From Ostreococcus lucimarinus (Eukaryota), in the NCBI GenBank assembly GCA_000092065.1, contig CP000594.1: a DNA stretch of 64,000 nucleotides; one strand, 5' to 3'. Positions 21,332-31,812 of this stretch are shown here, one piece after another (the first letter of the stretch is position 1; each line of letters begins with the position of its first letter). The notes beneath the pieces were generated by a model that worked only from the letters and a program-made list of their open reading frames with translations, was not told the DNA's origin and ran no database searches. The position numbers and the translations under genes were made by a program.

Positions 21332-22070
21332 TGCACGCATCGCACGAGTAGGTTTGTCTATTTTACTTAGTCTAATTCCCGAGGCGTGCGATCGCATCGC
21401 GTTCGCGTTCCCATTCGGCTCGTTCCGGGCGCGACGCGTCTCGCTCCTCTCGCCGCGTCACGACGCCCAGTCTCGCGCCATCTGTTCGCTCTTGCGATCA
21501 CCGTGCGCGTCCCCGCTCGTTCTCGCGGCCGCCGCCTTGGACGCGCGCACTTTACTCGCCATCGCTTCGCTCTGTCGTCGTCGCGCGTCGTCGTCCTCGC
21601 CGTCAGTCGCGTCGTCACGCCGTCTCGAGCCAACCGTCGCGCACCTTGATCCCGCGCATCTCGCTTTGCTTATTCCGCGCTTCCGCGGCTTTCAGCGCCA
21701 TCGCTCGGCGCTCGTCGACCGTGGCGAGATCGTCGTACGGCGCCGAGGCGCAGCATCCCATCGGACGCGATCCCAGTCGGCGGCGTCGACGTCGCGATGT
21801 GACGGGGGCGCCGCCGCGGCGACGGGAGTGAGTTGAAGCAATGAATCGATTATTATTACATAACCTCGTAGTCGTATATGGTGGACGCGAGCCCCTATCG
21901 CGCGTTTAAAAACACGCGAGTTTATGGTATAGTTCGTTTTCACACCGCAGAAAGCATAGACTCGTCGAAGCGATATTTTCCATCGCTCGACGACGCTGCG
22001 TTTTTGCGAGCGCGCTCCTCCGTGGAACGCGCTCGCAGAAGACATTTTTCATATCATGATTTACATCATG

Positions 22071-22092
22071 ATTTCTCTGTACAGAGAAATCA
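22071..22092. repeat. Perfect 22-nt palindrome (hairpin) in the glutaredoxin/Pumilio convergent 3' region.
   Basis: gatttctctgtacagagaaatc equals its own reverse complement; it is flanked by the near-repeat atcatgatttacatcatgattt. Confidence 0.7.
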
Positions 22093-22154
22093 TCACCCTC
22101 TCACCCATTTCACGATTTTGACTCTTGGGAACAAGTAAAAATGGATCAACTGTT

Positions 22155-24257
22155 TTACTTCTTGTTCTCCAGGAGTAATCGCAAAATCCGTTTACCGAAC
22201 GGACTATTTTTGATCAATGGCAAGTGTGGTCTGATACGCTCGACAAGTTCGGTGTGAAGAACACCTTTTGTGACAGTGAGCGTTGACTGCACGACGTAGT
22301 TACCGTACGGATCCATGAGAAGACGGTCCAACAGGGGCGACTGCATGATTTCACGCACGACCGTGTTGCGATTCTTCTCGAGAGACGCGTCGGCGAGTTT
22401 GAGGCACTTCTCGACAACGTTGGAGCTGAACTTCTGCATGGAGAGTTCGGCATAGTTGCCGAGGAGCTGCGTCATAACTTCTCCGTTGGCCCAAGACAAT
22501 CCGAGGTCCAAAATGTATTGAACGACGTAGTTTCCAAAAGGATCTTGAGAAAGCACGAGCGCTTGAGAGGCGATTTCGAGCACCAACGGACGACGTTGTT
22601 CATCAATGGCGTGGTCGATGCAACGCTGAAGAACGCAACAACCGTGTCGGTGAGTCGCAATCTCAACACAGTGCACCTTGGCCGCGTCATAGATGAATTG
22701 GTTGTCTTCAGACGACAATCTTTGAAGGCACCGCTGAATTACGTGGTTACCATTCAAGTCCTTGATCAAAGTAACGACCCCAGGTCGTAATGCGTTCGTC
22801 GCCAGAGAAACCTCTTCGGGAGAGTTGAGCATCTCGATCAACTTTTGAACCGCGCGAGTACCGTGCGTGTTCAAAGCGATAGTGACGAGCTCAGGCAACC
22901 CATCAAGTGAATCATCCTTGACGACAGAAACCGCGCGTAGAACTCCAGAACGTTGTTCGTCGCTGCAGCACTCGATCAACTTTTGCACCAAATAGTTGCC
23001 AAAGGGATCCATCATTAACTCGACGGCTTCGGCGATGATTTCATCGTAGCACAAGTCGACGGCTTTGGCACCTTCTTCATCAAACTTCCGTTGTAAGAAT
23101 CGGCAACCGTGTTGATCGCGCGCGAGCACAGAAATCTGTCCGACGCAGTTGTCGACGGAGACGAAACGACTGTCCATCTCCGCGATTTCAGCCTCGGACG
23201 GAGGAGAATCAGATCGCGCAACCGAACCGGAGAGCGACTGTGAGCCACCCCCATTTCGATCGCCTCGATCACCCGCACGATTTCTTCCCATAGTTCTACC
23301 AACGCGAGAGCGATCGTCTCGACCGCTCATGCGCGAGCCGTAGCCACCGTTATCGCCCCCGGCCATCCCGCCGTCGAGACCAGAGAATTGCTGAAGCTGT
23401 TGCGCAGTCAAGTTCTGATGCATAAGTCCAGGAACTTGTTGCTGCATGCGCATCAAGTTCTGCAACTGCTGTTGCTGAGCGTAGAAAGCGGCAGCGTACG
23501 CAGCTTGGTAGACTTCAGCCATGGATTGCGGTTGACCATTCGCGCCGTAACCCGCACCGCCGAGCCCGCCGCCGAGGTTCGACGCGAGAAGCTGCGCCAT
23601 CTCCGGCGTTTGGACAGGCATACCGCCCGACATGCCGCCTAAACCGACACCAGCACCCATCCCAAAAGCATCCATGCCCGCCATGGACGGCGTGCCTTGG
23701 AGCTGCTGCATTTGCTGCAGCTGCTGCAACTGGAGCTGGAGCATGGCGGCGTTATCCATACCACCGCCGGCGCCCACGGCGCCGTAAGCGCCCATGACCG
23801 GTGCCGGAGAGGCACTTTGCGAATTCGCTTCAGTGCTAAATCGCGATGAGTTACCCACAAAGCTCGCTTGCTGTCCGTGAGGAGCGGCGTGCGAGCCGTG
23901 CGGCGGAAGCGGCGCGGTGGATGGCCGCAGCGGCACATCCGTCCCTAACCCGAAGCTGGAGAACGCGCTCACGACATCCGTCGTGCCTTGTCCCAAACTA
24001 CTACCCGCCATATTCCCCATACCATTCAGATCGCTCGGCAACCCAAACGCGCTCTCGTTGAACGCTCCGTTTGACATCGAGTTCGACCGCCCGTGGTGCC
24101 CCGACGGAATCGCCCCGTCGTCTCTCGACGCCCCAAACAACCCACCACCCTTCCCGAACCCCGCGGCGTGTCCGAAGTGTCCAGAGTTGTGCGCACTATC
24201 GGCATCACCCGCTGCCGTCTTCCCGTACGACAAATCTACCGCCGACGCGCTCCGCAC
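22155..24257 (-). CDS. Pumilio-family (PUF repeat) RNA-binding protein; the true N-terminus is unresolved.
   Basis: Eight PUF repeats (...DQHGCRFLQRKF..., DPFGNYLVQKLIE, HGTRAVQKLIE, NGNHVIQRCLQ, HRHGCCVLQRCID, DPFGNYVVQYILD, FSSNVVEKCL, DPYGNYVVQSTL) and a Q-rich N-terminal region. The track start is GTG, with no in-frame ATG before MSNGAF. Upstream lie a GTGACTGACGG branch box and a CGCAG acceptor near 24318 to 24345, implying a 5' intron. Confidence 0.85.
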   Translation of the reverse strand: MRSASAVDLSYGKTAAGDADSAHNSGHFGHAAGFGKGGGLFGASRDDGAIPSGHHGRSNSMSNGAFNESAFGLPSDLNGMGNMAGSSLGQGTTDVVSAFSSFGLGTDVPLRPSTAPLPPHGSHAAPHGQQASFVGNSSRFSTEANSQSASPAPVMGAYGAVGAGGGMDNAAMLQLQLQQLQQMQQLQGTPSMAGMDAFGMGAGVGLGGMSGGMPVQTPEMAQLLASNLGGGLGGAGYGANGQPQSMAEVYQAAYAAAFYAQQQQLQNLMRMQQQVPGLMHQNLTAQQLQQFSGLDGGMAGGDNGGYGSRMSGRDDRSRVGRTMGRNRAGDRGDRNGGGSQSLSGSVARSDSPPSEAEIAEMDSRFVSVDNCVGQISVLARDQHGCRFLQRKFDEEGAKAVDLCYDEIIAEAVELMMDPFGNYLVQKLIECCSDEQRSGVLRAVSVVKDDSLDGLPELVTIALNTHGTRAVQKLIEMLNSPEEVSLATNALRPGVVTLIKDLNGNHVIQRCLQRLSSEDNQFIYDAAKVHCVEIATHRHGCCVLQRCIDHAIDEQRRPLVLEIASQALVLSQDPFGNYVVQYILDLGLSWANGEVMTQLLGNYAELSMQKFSSNVVEKCLKLADASLEKNRNTVVREIMQSPLLDRLLMDPYGNYVVQSTLTVTKGVLHTELVERIRPHLPLIKNSPFGKRILRLLLENKK

Positions 24258-24639
24258 GAGGTCATCCGTCGCCCCCTCGCCCGCGGCGCGCGTCTCGTCC
24301 CGCAGTAACCTCGAAAACGTGCTCTCGTACTCCCTGCGTCCCGCGCGAGCGCGCGAAATCCGTCAGTCACCGAAGCGCGCGTGCGTTTCATCTCTCCTTC
24401 CCCGCATCGTCTCGTCTCGCGCGCTCCCGCTCGCGCGGACGTCGCGCGACGCGTCCAGAGTCACGCCGCGCGGATGTCTCGAGTCGCGCCGCGCGCGCGC
24501 CGCGACGAAACCGCGCGCGTTCGAGCGCCGCGACGCGCCCACGCCGCGTCCGCGTCCGCGCGCGACGCGCGACGTAAATTCTTCTTCCGGATTCTCGCCG
24601 CGCGAATCCCGCGCGCGAGCCCTCGACGACGACGACGCG

Positions 24640-24676
24640 TCCCATCGCGTCGCATCGCATCGCATCGCATCGCGTC
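24640..24676. repeat. (GCATC)n pentanucleotide repeat upstream of Pumilio.
   Basis: cgcatcgcatcgcatcgcatcgcg. Confidence 0.8.
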
Positions 24677-25094
24677 GCGAAACCCCCGCACCTCCACGAC
24701 GGTGACGTCCCCGCGATGTCGTGCGCGCCCTCGCTCGCGCTCGCGCTCGCGCCGCCATCGCTCGATGGTTTAAACATCTGCGTCCTCGCGGCGCGTCCGC
24801 GCGTCTATCGCCCGCCGCGCGGACGAGCGCGTCGTCGATCGACGCGCGGACGCGCGCGGATGTCGAGCGCGACGCGCGCGGCGTCGGCGCGTTCGAATCG
24901 ATCGTCGCTCGAGCGCGCGATGCGAATCCACCGAGCCCGCGACGCGGGCGTCGAGCGACGGCGTTCGAATCGATTCGCGCGCCCGCGTCGCCGTGCGTCG
25001 CGAAGCGCGCGCCGTGCGACCTCGACGACGGCGCGTCGAACGCGACGCCCGAGCGTGCGTGTGCGGGCGCGGCGGCGGCGGCGAGGCGCCGCGC

Positions 25095-25205
25095 GAACGA
25101 TCGAACGATCGATCGATCGATCGATCGATCGAACGATTCGCGAACCCGATCGATCGATCGATCGCGCGCGCGAACGATCGATCGACGTCGATCGATCGAT
25201 CGACC
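25095..25205. repeat. (TCGA/GATC)n microsatellite cluster in the Pumilio/TAPT1 divergent promoter.
   Basis: gaacgatcgaacgatcgatcgatcgatcgatcgatcgaacg...cccgatcgatcgatcgatcgcg...cgatcgatcgacgtcgatcgatcgatcgacc. Confidence 0.9.
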
Positions 25206-25292
25206 TCTCGCACACCCGGGTGTCTGCGCGCGCGCGTCGAACCGCGAAATCGCGTCGAATCGCGCGTCGGCAGACGGCGCCGGTCGTCGTCG

Positions 25293-26975
25293 ATGGAGAA
25301 GACGCCCGCGCGGGCGACGTCGGAGGACGAAGGGATCGGGATCGTCACCCCGGGCGCGGTGAACGATGGGATCGGGGCGCGCAGACGCGCGAAGAGTGGG
25401 TCGGAGACGACGACGACGAACGCCGCGAACGAGAACGACGAGGACGATGACGATGATTCGGTGACGATGGTGGCGCGAGCGAACGCGCGGGCGCGCGAAC
25501 GCGCGAGGATGGAGGCGCTGAGAGATTGGACGGTGATGCGGGAAGACGAAGGGCGATCGTCGCCGCCGCCGGTGGCGATCGAAGGGCTGACGACGATTCG
25601 GAAGTATTGCGCGCTCGAGTTGGGCTTGCGCGTGGGCGAACGCGAGGACGATCCGGACATGTCGCACGCGCGCGAGCGCGTGTTCGATTTATTGTGGTAC
25701 ATACCGTTGGAATTGGAAAAGTTTTGCCTGTACGGGGGGTTGCTGTGCGCGGATGCGATTTTGGGGTTGTTTACGTCGCTGCCGGTGCGCGTAATGTCGC
25801 AGACGGTGCGTTTGGCGTGGTCGGTGTCGGGGCTGAAATCGAGAGACAAGACGTCGTCGAAGCGTCGTGCGTGGGGGATACACCCGTATGCGCGCGAACA
25901 TTTGAACGATGTCTTGTGGCTGTTCATGCTGTGCGTCGCGGTGACGTACACGCACATGCTTGACGTGAGCGTGATTTATCACTACATTCGAGGCCAAGAA
26001 GTGATCAAACTTTACATGGCGTGTCACGTCCTGGAGACGTTCGATAAGTTGTTGTGTTCGTTCAATAGCAACGTGCTCGATGCGCTACAAAACAGCGTGC
26101 ACGGATGCGTCAGCGCGGCGACGAACGGGTCAAAAGTTGATCAAGTGAAGTCTGGTGTCAGGCTCGCCGTGGATGTGATTTTGTCCACGAGCGCGACGGT
26201 GGCGCACACGTTCATCCTTCTCACGCATGCCGTGACACTTTCGGTGGCGATCAACAGTCACACGAACGCTATGTTGCTCGTGCTCATCTCGAATAATTTC
26301 GCGGAGATGAAAGGTCACGTGTTCAAGAAGCAGGATCCAGAGAAGTTGTTTGGCGTCAGTCGACTCGACGTCATCGAGCGAGTGCATCTCTGCGTGTGTC
26401 TGATGTTCGTCACCGCACAAAGAATCATGGCTGCTGGAAATCTTGAAATGGCGCTCACGCGTAAATTTTTGAACGACATAGCCTTGGTGATGGGTTCGGA
26501 GATTTTCGTCGACGTTGTGAAGCATTCATTCATGGCGAAATTCAACGGCTTGCGCCCAGGCGTTTATCGACGATTCTATCGACAAATCTGTCGAGATCAC
26601 GTGCACTTGACGCAGTCATACAAGATACATCAAGTCGTTGGATTCGTCCCACTCGCTCCGGCGGCGGTTATCGTTCGCGTCGTTCCAGGTCTATATCGAA
26701 CACTCAAGCAAAACGCGATGTCCTCCGACATTGTCACGCGAGGAGCTTTCGATCGTTTATTGGCACATTTTAGCGGCCGTGTCATCGGTCTCGGGGTCAT
26801 GTTCATCGCGATTTGTTTTAAGCTCGCGTTCGGTATCGCTATTTACACCTGGGGTGCGCGCTCGCTCGAACGCACATCGAAAGTAACGCCGAGCGCCGAG
26901 CGATGGGGCGCTAAGACGCCGGGCAAGGTGACTGGAAGCATGCCGAGATCGCCGCCTAGGATCAAGGTCAATTAG
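25293..26975 (+). CDS. TAPT1/EMP65-like multi-pass membrane protein (DUF747).
   Basis: The C-terminal 400 aa match DUF747 (ERVFDLLWYIPLELEKF...HAVTLSVAINSHTNAMLLVLISNNFAEMKGHVFKK...DVIERVHL). The track ORF from 24993 translates a (TCGA)n repeat; the likely ATG is near 25293. Confidence 0.75.
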   Translation: MEKTPARATSEDEGIGIVTPGAVNDGIGARRRAKSGSETTTTNAANENDEDDDDDSVTMVARANARARERARMEALRDWTVMREDEGRSSPPPVAIEGLTTIRKYCALELGLRVGEREDDPDMSHARERVFDLLWYIPLELEKFCLYGGLLCADAILGLFTSLPVRVMSQTVRLAWSVSGLKSRDKTSSKRRAWGIHPYAREHLNDVLWLFMLCVAVTYTHMLDVSVIYHYIRGQEVIKLYMACHVLETFDKLLCSFNSNVLDALQNSVHGCVSAATNGSKVDQVKSGVRLAVDVILSTSATVAHTFILLTHAVTLSVAINSHTNAMLLVLISNNFAEMKGHVFKKQDPEKLFGVSRLDVIERVHLCVCLMFVTAQRIMAAGNLEMALTRKFLNDIALVMGSEIFVDVVKHSFMAKFNGLRPGVYRRFYRQICRDHVHLTQSYKIHQVVGFVPLAPAAVIVRVVPGLYRTLKQNAMSSDIVTRGAFDRLLAHFSGRVIGLGVMFIAICFKLAFGIAIYTWGARSLERTSKVTPSAERWGAKTPGKVTGSMPRSPPRIKVN

Positions 26976-27049
26976 TGTTGTAGTACATAGAATTGAAATG
27001 CATTTGTCGAGCGACGTCCACGGCTTCGCGCCGTCCGGACGCCCCGATT

Positions 27050-29047
27050 TTAGAGCGTCGTTTCGTCGGCTTCGCCAGATTTTTCTGGCTCTGGTGTGCG
27101 CCACTCGTCGGCGGACGCGCCGAATTCCTCCGCTAAGCCGCGCCAAAGAGAGAGTGAACGTTCGGCGTTGGCGACTTGCACACGGGAGTAGTTGAGCAGC
27201 ATGGCGTGAAATTGTGCGACGCGCTCTTTTTCTAAACGAGCGAATTCCTCGCGATGACGATCTTGGATGATTTTGTAATCGACTTTTGCCTGCTCTCCAG
27301 TCGCGCGCGTGGCGTCGAGTTCGAGCTTCAAATCTTCAACCTTTTTCATCTTGGTGAAGTCTGGCGTGAGCTTGGCGATTCTGGCTTCCAATCTATCCGC
27401 CTCAGCGAGCATGGTTTGAAGCGTCAAGAGAGATTCATTGCGGTCGCTGATGGACCTACGAACGGAGGGCATGATTTTCAAGTAGTCGTGAAGCGGCTCG
27501 AGCGATTGCGCCGTCTGCGCCGTCGCCGCGCGAGAGACGCGGCTCACCTTGATTGACGTGTTCCCAGCTTTTCTCATTTCATTCGCGGCAGTCATGCACT
27601 CGAGACCATTCTCGCTGTATTTGCCTAACCGCGTACCCTCCTCTTCTTGAATCTTTGCAAATTTCAAGCACTCCAAACCAAACTCTCCCACGGCTTCGCC
27701 AAACTTTTGCTGCAACGTCAGCAACTTCGTCGCCTTGGATGACATCCCGGATAACTCATTTTCCATGCGAACGACTCTATCCTTTTCAACCAAGAACGCG
27801 GCGTCCTCTTCCATCACTTTCGGTTTGGGAGTGTCCAGCCCCAACACGCCGCCGACGGCGCTCACCGCCGTCGACTGCACCACAGTCTGTCTCAGTTCTT
27901 TGAAAAATCTACCGAAGTCACGAGGCTGCCCAGGAGACGCCACCGCGATCGGAGGGCGTTGTGGCGTTTCCGGACTACTCGGTAGATCGCTCGGGATCGT
28001 CGTGATGACCCTTCCCGCGGTCATGTTGAACCAATCGAGACTCGACGCCAAATCTTGGTGAGTGAGGAAGATTCGAAGCGGATCCCCGAGACGAAGCTTG
28101 GAGTGCGATGCGATGCGATTGAGGTAGTGCTGCAGCTGTATCGCGCGTTCTGCGATGAAGTTGTCTCCCGTCGAGCTCACAACCGTCTTCTCCGGTCGAG
28201 GCGGGATGAAATAGCCTCGGTGAAGCGCCGAGAGTCTGGCGTCGAGGGCGACAAAGTCGCGAAATCGTCTCCAAACCACAACCTCTTTGTGAATGTACGA
28301 CGGAATCGTGGTGCGCGTGGTAATCTTGTAGTGCGTCACGCGCTTACCGACGAGCGCCGCGCTCGTATCGGCCTCAATCTTGGGATCGCTCACCCAAATC
28401 TGAAGCGTCTCCTCGTCTCCCGCTCCGTCGTCGCCGTCGAGGTAAACCGTCGTCGTCCCTCCCACCGCGTTCGCCCCGACATCGCGCGCTGGTTGAATCT
28501 CAGGCTGCGCGTACATCACGCTGTCCGCGTACGACGGCGGCGGTGCGAGTAAATCCCCGTACGACATCCCCGCGTTCGCGTGATAGCTCCCGTTTTCGAG
28601 CGCCTCCCCGCCCCCCCCCCCCGCCCGCGTCGGCGTTCGCGGCGACGCCGGTTCGACGTCCCGTTCCACCCCGACCCCGATCCCGATCCCGATCCCGCGT
28701 TCGTCGTCGAGCGACGCGTCCCGCGTCCTCGCGCTCGCGTCGTCCGCGCCCGCGTTCGTCTCCGCGCCCACCCCCAGCGGTTCGTCGCGCCGCGCCTCGA
28801 GCTCCGCCGCGTCCACGTCGAACGGATTCGTCGACCGCGCGTCGAACATCGCGCGCGTCGCGTCGTCCGTCGATTCGCGCGTCTCGATCGCGTCGCGCGT
28901 CGTCGTCGTCGTCGTCGTCGTCGCCTCCATCGCGCGTCCCAATCCTCCCAACGACCGATCGAGCGCCGGTCCCGCGAGCACGCCGAGCGCGGACGCGCCC
29001 GGGTCGAGATCGATCGATTCGTCGTCGCTGTCGTCGCGCGGCGTCAT
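27050..29047 (-). CDS. Sorting nexin (PX plus BAR, SNX1/2-like).
   Basis: PX domain with RRFRDFVALDARL and YLNRIASHSKL; the C-terminal coiled-coil is BAR-like. Confidence 0.8.
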   Translation of the reverse strand: MTPRDDSDDESIDLDPGASALGVLAGPALDRSLGGLGRAMEATTTTTTTTRDAIETRESTDDATRAMFDARSTNPFDVDAAELEARRDEPLGVGAETNAGADDASARTRDASLDDERGIGIGIGVGVERDVEPASPRTPTRAGGGGGEALENGSYHANAGMSYGDLLAPPPSYADSVMYAQPEIQPARDVGANAVGGTTTVYLDGDDGAGDEETLQIWVSDPKIEADTSAALVGKRVTHYKITTRTTIPSYIHKEVVVWRRFRDFVALDARLSALHRGYFIPPRPEKTVVSSTGDNFIAERAIQLQHYLNRIASHSKLRLGDPLRIFLTHQDLASSLDWFNMTAGRVITTIPSDLPSSPETPQRPPIAVASPGQPRDFGRFFKELRQTVVQSTAVSAVGGVLGLDTPKPKVMEEDAAFLVEKDRVVRMENELSGMSSKATKLLTLQQKFGEAVGEFGLECLKFAKIQEEEGTRLGKYSENGLECMTAANEMRKAGNTSIKVSRVSRAATAQTAQSLEPLHDYLKIMPSVRRSISDRNESLLTLQTMLAEADRLEARIAKLTPDFTKMKKVEDLKLELDATRATGEQAKVDYKIIQDRHREEFARLEKERVAQFHAMLLNYSRVQVANAERSLSLWRGLAEEFGASADEWRTPEPEKSGEADETTL

Positions 29048-29234
29048 CGCGCGGCGTCGTGTGCGCGCGACGCGACGCGACGCGCGATCGGAGGCGATGG
29101 CACGCGTGTCGTATGGGTAAACAGTGAGGCGTATGTTTTAGTTCGACCCGTCACCCTCGGCGCGACGACCCGCCACACCGCGACGGCGACGGCGCCGAGG
29201 GTGACCGGGACGAGGGAAACCGCGGTGACGACCC

Positions 29235-30548
29235 ATGACGACGCCGCGCGCGCGCGTCGCGGCGCACGCGGCGCGCGAGCGCGACGACGTCGAGGACGGC
29301 GGCGCGCTCGGAGGCGCGACGACGACGGCGCGCGCGCGGGGACACGGGAACAGGAGCCCGCGATCGATGGCGACGCACGGATTCGGACAGCCGACGCGAC
29401 GGACGCCGTGGGGGGCGAGGCTGCGCGCGACGCTCGGGATGGACGGAAGGAAAACGGGAGAGCGGACGCGGGACGGACGACGCGGGCGGGGACGGGGACG
29501 AGGGGACGCGAGGGAAGACGAGGAAGACGGCGATGGGAGCAAGGGAAGGCGCGACGGGCGACGGGAGGCGGAGAGAACGTCGAGATTGTGGTGGGTGTGC
29601 GCGGCGGTGCTGGTGTGGACGTTCGGGCCGTTCGCGTACAAGTGCGCGCAGGGGTTCAACAAGGTGTACGGGCGAAGATGGTTCGATCCGGTCGAGCGAC
29701 CGGTGCCGTGCGAACCGACGAGCGCGGCGGCGGCGAAGCTGGTGGATAACTCACCGTTACCGGGGCTCTTACCGGCGGACATGACGAATCTCCCGAGTTT
29801 ACTGCCGAAAAAGTTCAAGATTGGAATGATTTCGCTCTGCGACGACGGCGTCGAAGCCATCTGCGCGCAGTCGATGGCGAACAAGCAGGCGTACGCCGAT
29901 TATCACGGATACGATTTGATAGTGGATGAAGAAATTATCGATAGAAACCGGCCGACGAGCTGGAGTAAGCTACTGGCGATGCGCAAGTATTTGCCCGATT
30001 ACGACTTTATGCTCTACGTCGACGTCGACACGATCATCATGAATCCGGAGAAGAAGTTGGAAGACATCGTGGATTACAATTACGATCAGATGCTAGCGGC
30101 GGATAAAAACGGTTTAAATTGTGGGGTTTGGATGGTGCGCAACACGCCGTGGATGCTGTGGTTCATCGACGAGATGTGGGCGCAAGATCAACTCGTCGCG
30201 CCGAAGACGTGGAACATGCTCTTTAAATACGAGCAACGCGCTTTTCATTATCTCTATCAGTCAAAGATTTGGCGCAGCAAGGTAAAAGGTGATGCATACC
30301 CCAAAGCTAACACCGTTCGCGCGAGGACAAAGGTTTTGAACGCGTGCGTGTTCAATTCTCAGCCTTCGTTTTACGTCAAAGGCGATTTGCTCGTCCACCT
30401 CGCCGGTCTGAAGGGCACGGTAAAGTGCATGTGGTTTAGATATTACTACAAACAGTCTCTGAACACGATTCGGGCGGTGGGTGCGGTGTCATCAGACGCC
30501 GATCTCCCTCCGCCGTCGATTTGGACGTGTTTAACGAGGCAAACGTGA
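29235..30548 (+). CDS. GT34-family glycosyltransferase (Golgi alpha-1,6 galactosyl/xylosyltransferase-like), type II membrane protein.
   Basis: KIGMISLCDDGVEAICAQSMANKQAYADYHGYDL...WSKLLAMRKYLPDYDFMLYVDVDTIIMNP...NCGVWMVRNTPW...LVHLAGLKG. The start is uncertain (ATG near 29367 or 29439 before the TM LWWVCAAVLVWTF). Confidence 0.75.
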   Translation: MTTPRARVAAHAARERDDVEDGGALGGATTTARARGHGNRSPRSMATHGFGQPTRRTPWGARLRATLGMDGRKTGERTRDGRRGRGRGRGDAREDEEDGDGSKGRRDGRREAERTSRLWWVCAAVLVWTFGPFAYKCAQGFNKVYGRRWFDPVERPVPCEPTSAAAAKLVDNSPLPGLLPADMTNLPSLLPKKFKIGMISLCDDGVEAICAQSMANKQAYADYHGYDLIVDEEIIDRNRPTSWSKLLAMRKYLPDYDFMLYVDVDTIIMNPEKKLEDIVDYNYDQMLAADKNGLNCGVWMVRNTPWMLWFIDEMWAQDQLVAPKTWNMLFKYEQRAFHYLYQSKIWRSKVKGDAYPKANTVRARTKVLNACVFNSQPSFYVKGDLLVHLAGLKGTVKCMWFRYYYKQSLNTIRAVGAVSSDADLPPPSIWTCLTRQT

Positions 30549-30641
30549 AATAGCGTGCGCTAGCGTAGTGTATTGAACAGCGCAAACTCCGAACTCCCGT
30601 CCTCACACTCGAGCGCGCGCGTCGAGCGCGCACGCGTCGCG

Positions 30642-31161
30642 ATGGCGGATTCGGTGACGCAGTTACAGAACCAAATCAACACTCTGTGTCAGTTGATGTT
30701 CAACTACGCCGGGACGCTGCAGCGCGACGCCAAGCCGGTGCGACGACCGACGCGCTCGACCGCTCGAAAAATGCGCGACGCCGCGCGCGAACTCTCGCCC
30801 GTGCGACACGACTGACGCCGCGCGCGGCGCCGATGAACAGGCCACGATCGGACCGAACGGTGAACTCAACGATGCGCTCACCGAGGGTGGGGTGACGCGA
30901 GCGGAGATAGACGAAATGGCAGCCACGATCGCCGAGGCGAACCGAGTGATTATGGAAATCGCGCGCGCGCTGCCGGAGATCGATACGGATGAGAAAGCAG
31001 CGCGTAAACGCATCGCCGCGCTTCACGCGGAGCACGACAAGGTGAGTAAAGAATTAGAAACCGTCATCGCGCAGGCGAAGGCGGAGTTAGACGTCATCAA
31101 CGCCGCTTTCAAAGCCGCGGCGAGCGGCGTATTGGCGCTCGACGACGAAGCGACCGATTAG
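30642..31161 (+). CDS. MED21: Mediator subunit MED21 (Srb7). Two exons: 30642 to 30737 and 30841 to 31161.
   Basis: Exon 1, MADSVTQLQNQINTLCQLMFNYAGTLQRDAKP, resembles human MED21 [28 protein letters not shown]. It is followed by a GTGCGA donor, an ACGACTGACGCC branch box and a GAACAG acceptor. Exon 2 (...EIDEMAATIAEANRVIMEIARALPEID...) matches MED21 helix 2. Confidence 0.7.
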
Positions 31162-31248
31162 TCGATAGAAAATAGATCCGCGTTGAAGTGTACATCTTCG
31201 TTCGTATAGCAGTGACTAGTGTAACGTTACAATCTAAATTTCCCTCCC

Positions 31249-31536
31249 TCACGGCGCCGAAGACACGAGATCGCGCAGGCACTTCTCCACCTCCTTCGCG
31301 TCCAGTCCCTCGAGCTTCACGCACTTCTCCACGCCGTAGTCGTACCGCGCGTACAACTTCCCCTCGATCCCGCTCGCCTCGCGAATCAGCACCGGCGTCG
31401 TCGGCGACGCCGCCTTCAAGTTTTTATAGCTCGACATCAAGAAATTCCTCACGCCCTCGCTCCCTTTGCTCGTCTGACACAGGTGAAAGCGAAGCTCTTG
31501 CAAGGTTTTCAGTCCCGCGAACGCGGCTTTGCTCAT
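31249..31536 (-). CDS. NDUFA2: NADH:ubiquinone oxidoreductase B8 subunit (NDUFA2; L51_S25_CI-B8 fold).
   Basis: LQELRFHLCQTSKGSEGVRNFL...NPTTPVLIREASGIEGKLYARYDYG aligns with NDUFA2. Confidence 0.8.
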   Translation of the reverse strand: MSKAAFAGLKTLQELRFHLCQTSKGSEGVRNFLMSSYKNLKAASPTTPVLIREASGIEGKLYARYDYGVEKCVKLEGLDAKEVEKCLRDLVSSAP

Positions 31537-31617
31537 CGCGACGCCGCGACTTCCGTCCCGCGCGCGCGCGTCCCGCGTCCCTGAAAGAGTGAGCCCTTCG
31601 GCGTGTCCCGCTCGGTC

Positions 31618-31640
31618 GCCTCCGCGATCGATCGATCGAT
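31618..31640. repeat. (TCGA)n in the NDUFA2/RPS24 divergent promoter.
   Basis: gcgatcgatcgatcgatcgacg, lying between ATG 31536 (minus) and ATG 31813 (plus). Confidence 0.85.
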
Positions 31641-31812
31641 CGACGCGCGCGACGCACCGTGCGGACGCGCGCGCGATCGCGACCGAGGGCGCGATTCGAT
31701 TTCGACGCGCGTCCGTCGATCCGTGTTTTGTTCTCGAAAATCAGTCTCATCACCGCGCGCGCGATCGACGCGCGCGCCGTCTTTCCGTGGCGCGCGACGA
31801 GAACCAGACGCG

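Noticed and set aside
25095-25205. (TCGA)n tract translated within the 24993 to 26975 ORF as ...SIDRSIDRSIERF...
   Set aside because: The same repeat occurs in intergenic promoters elsewhere. The conserved TAPT1 domain starts about 300 codons later, so the repeat is promoter or 5'UTR rather than coding.
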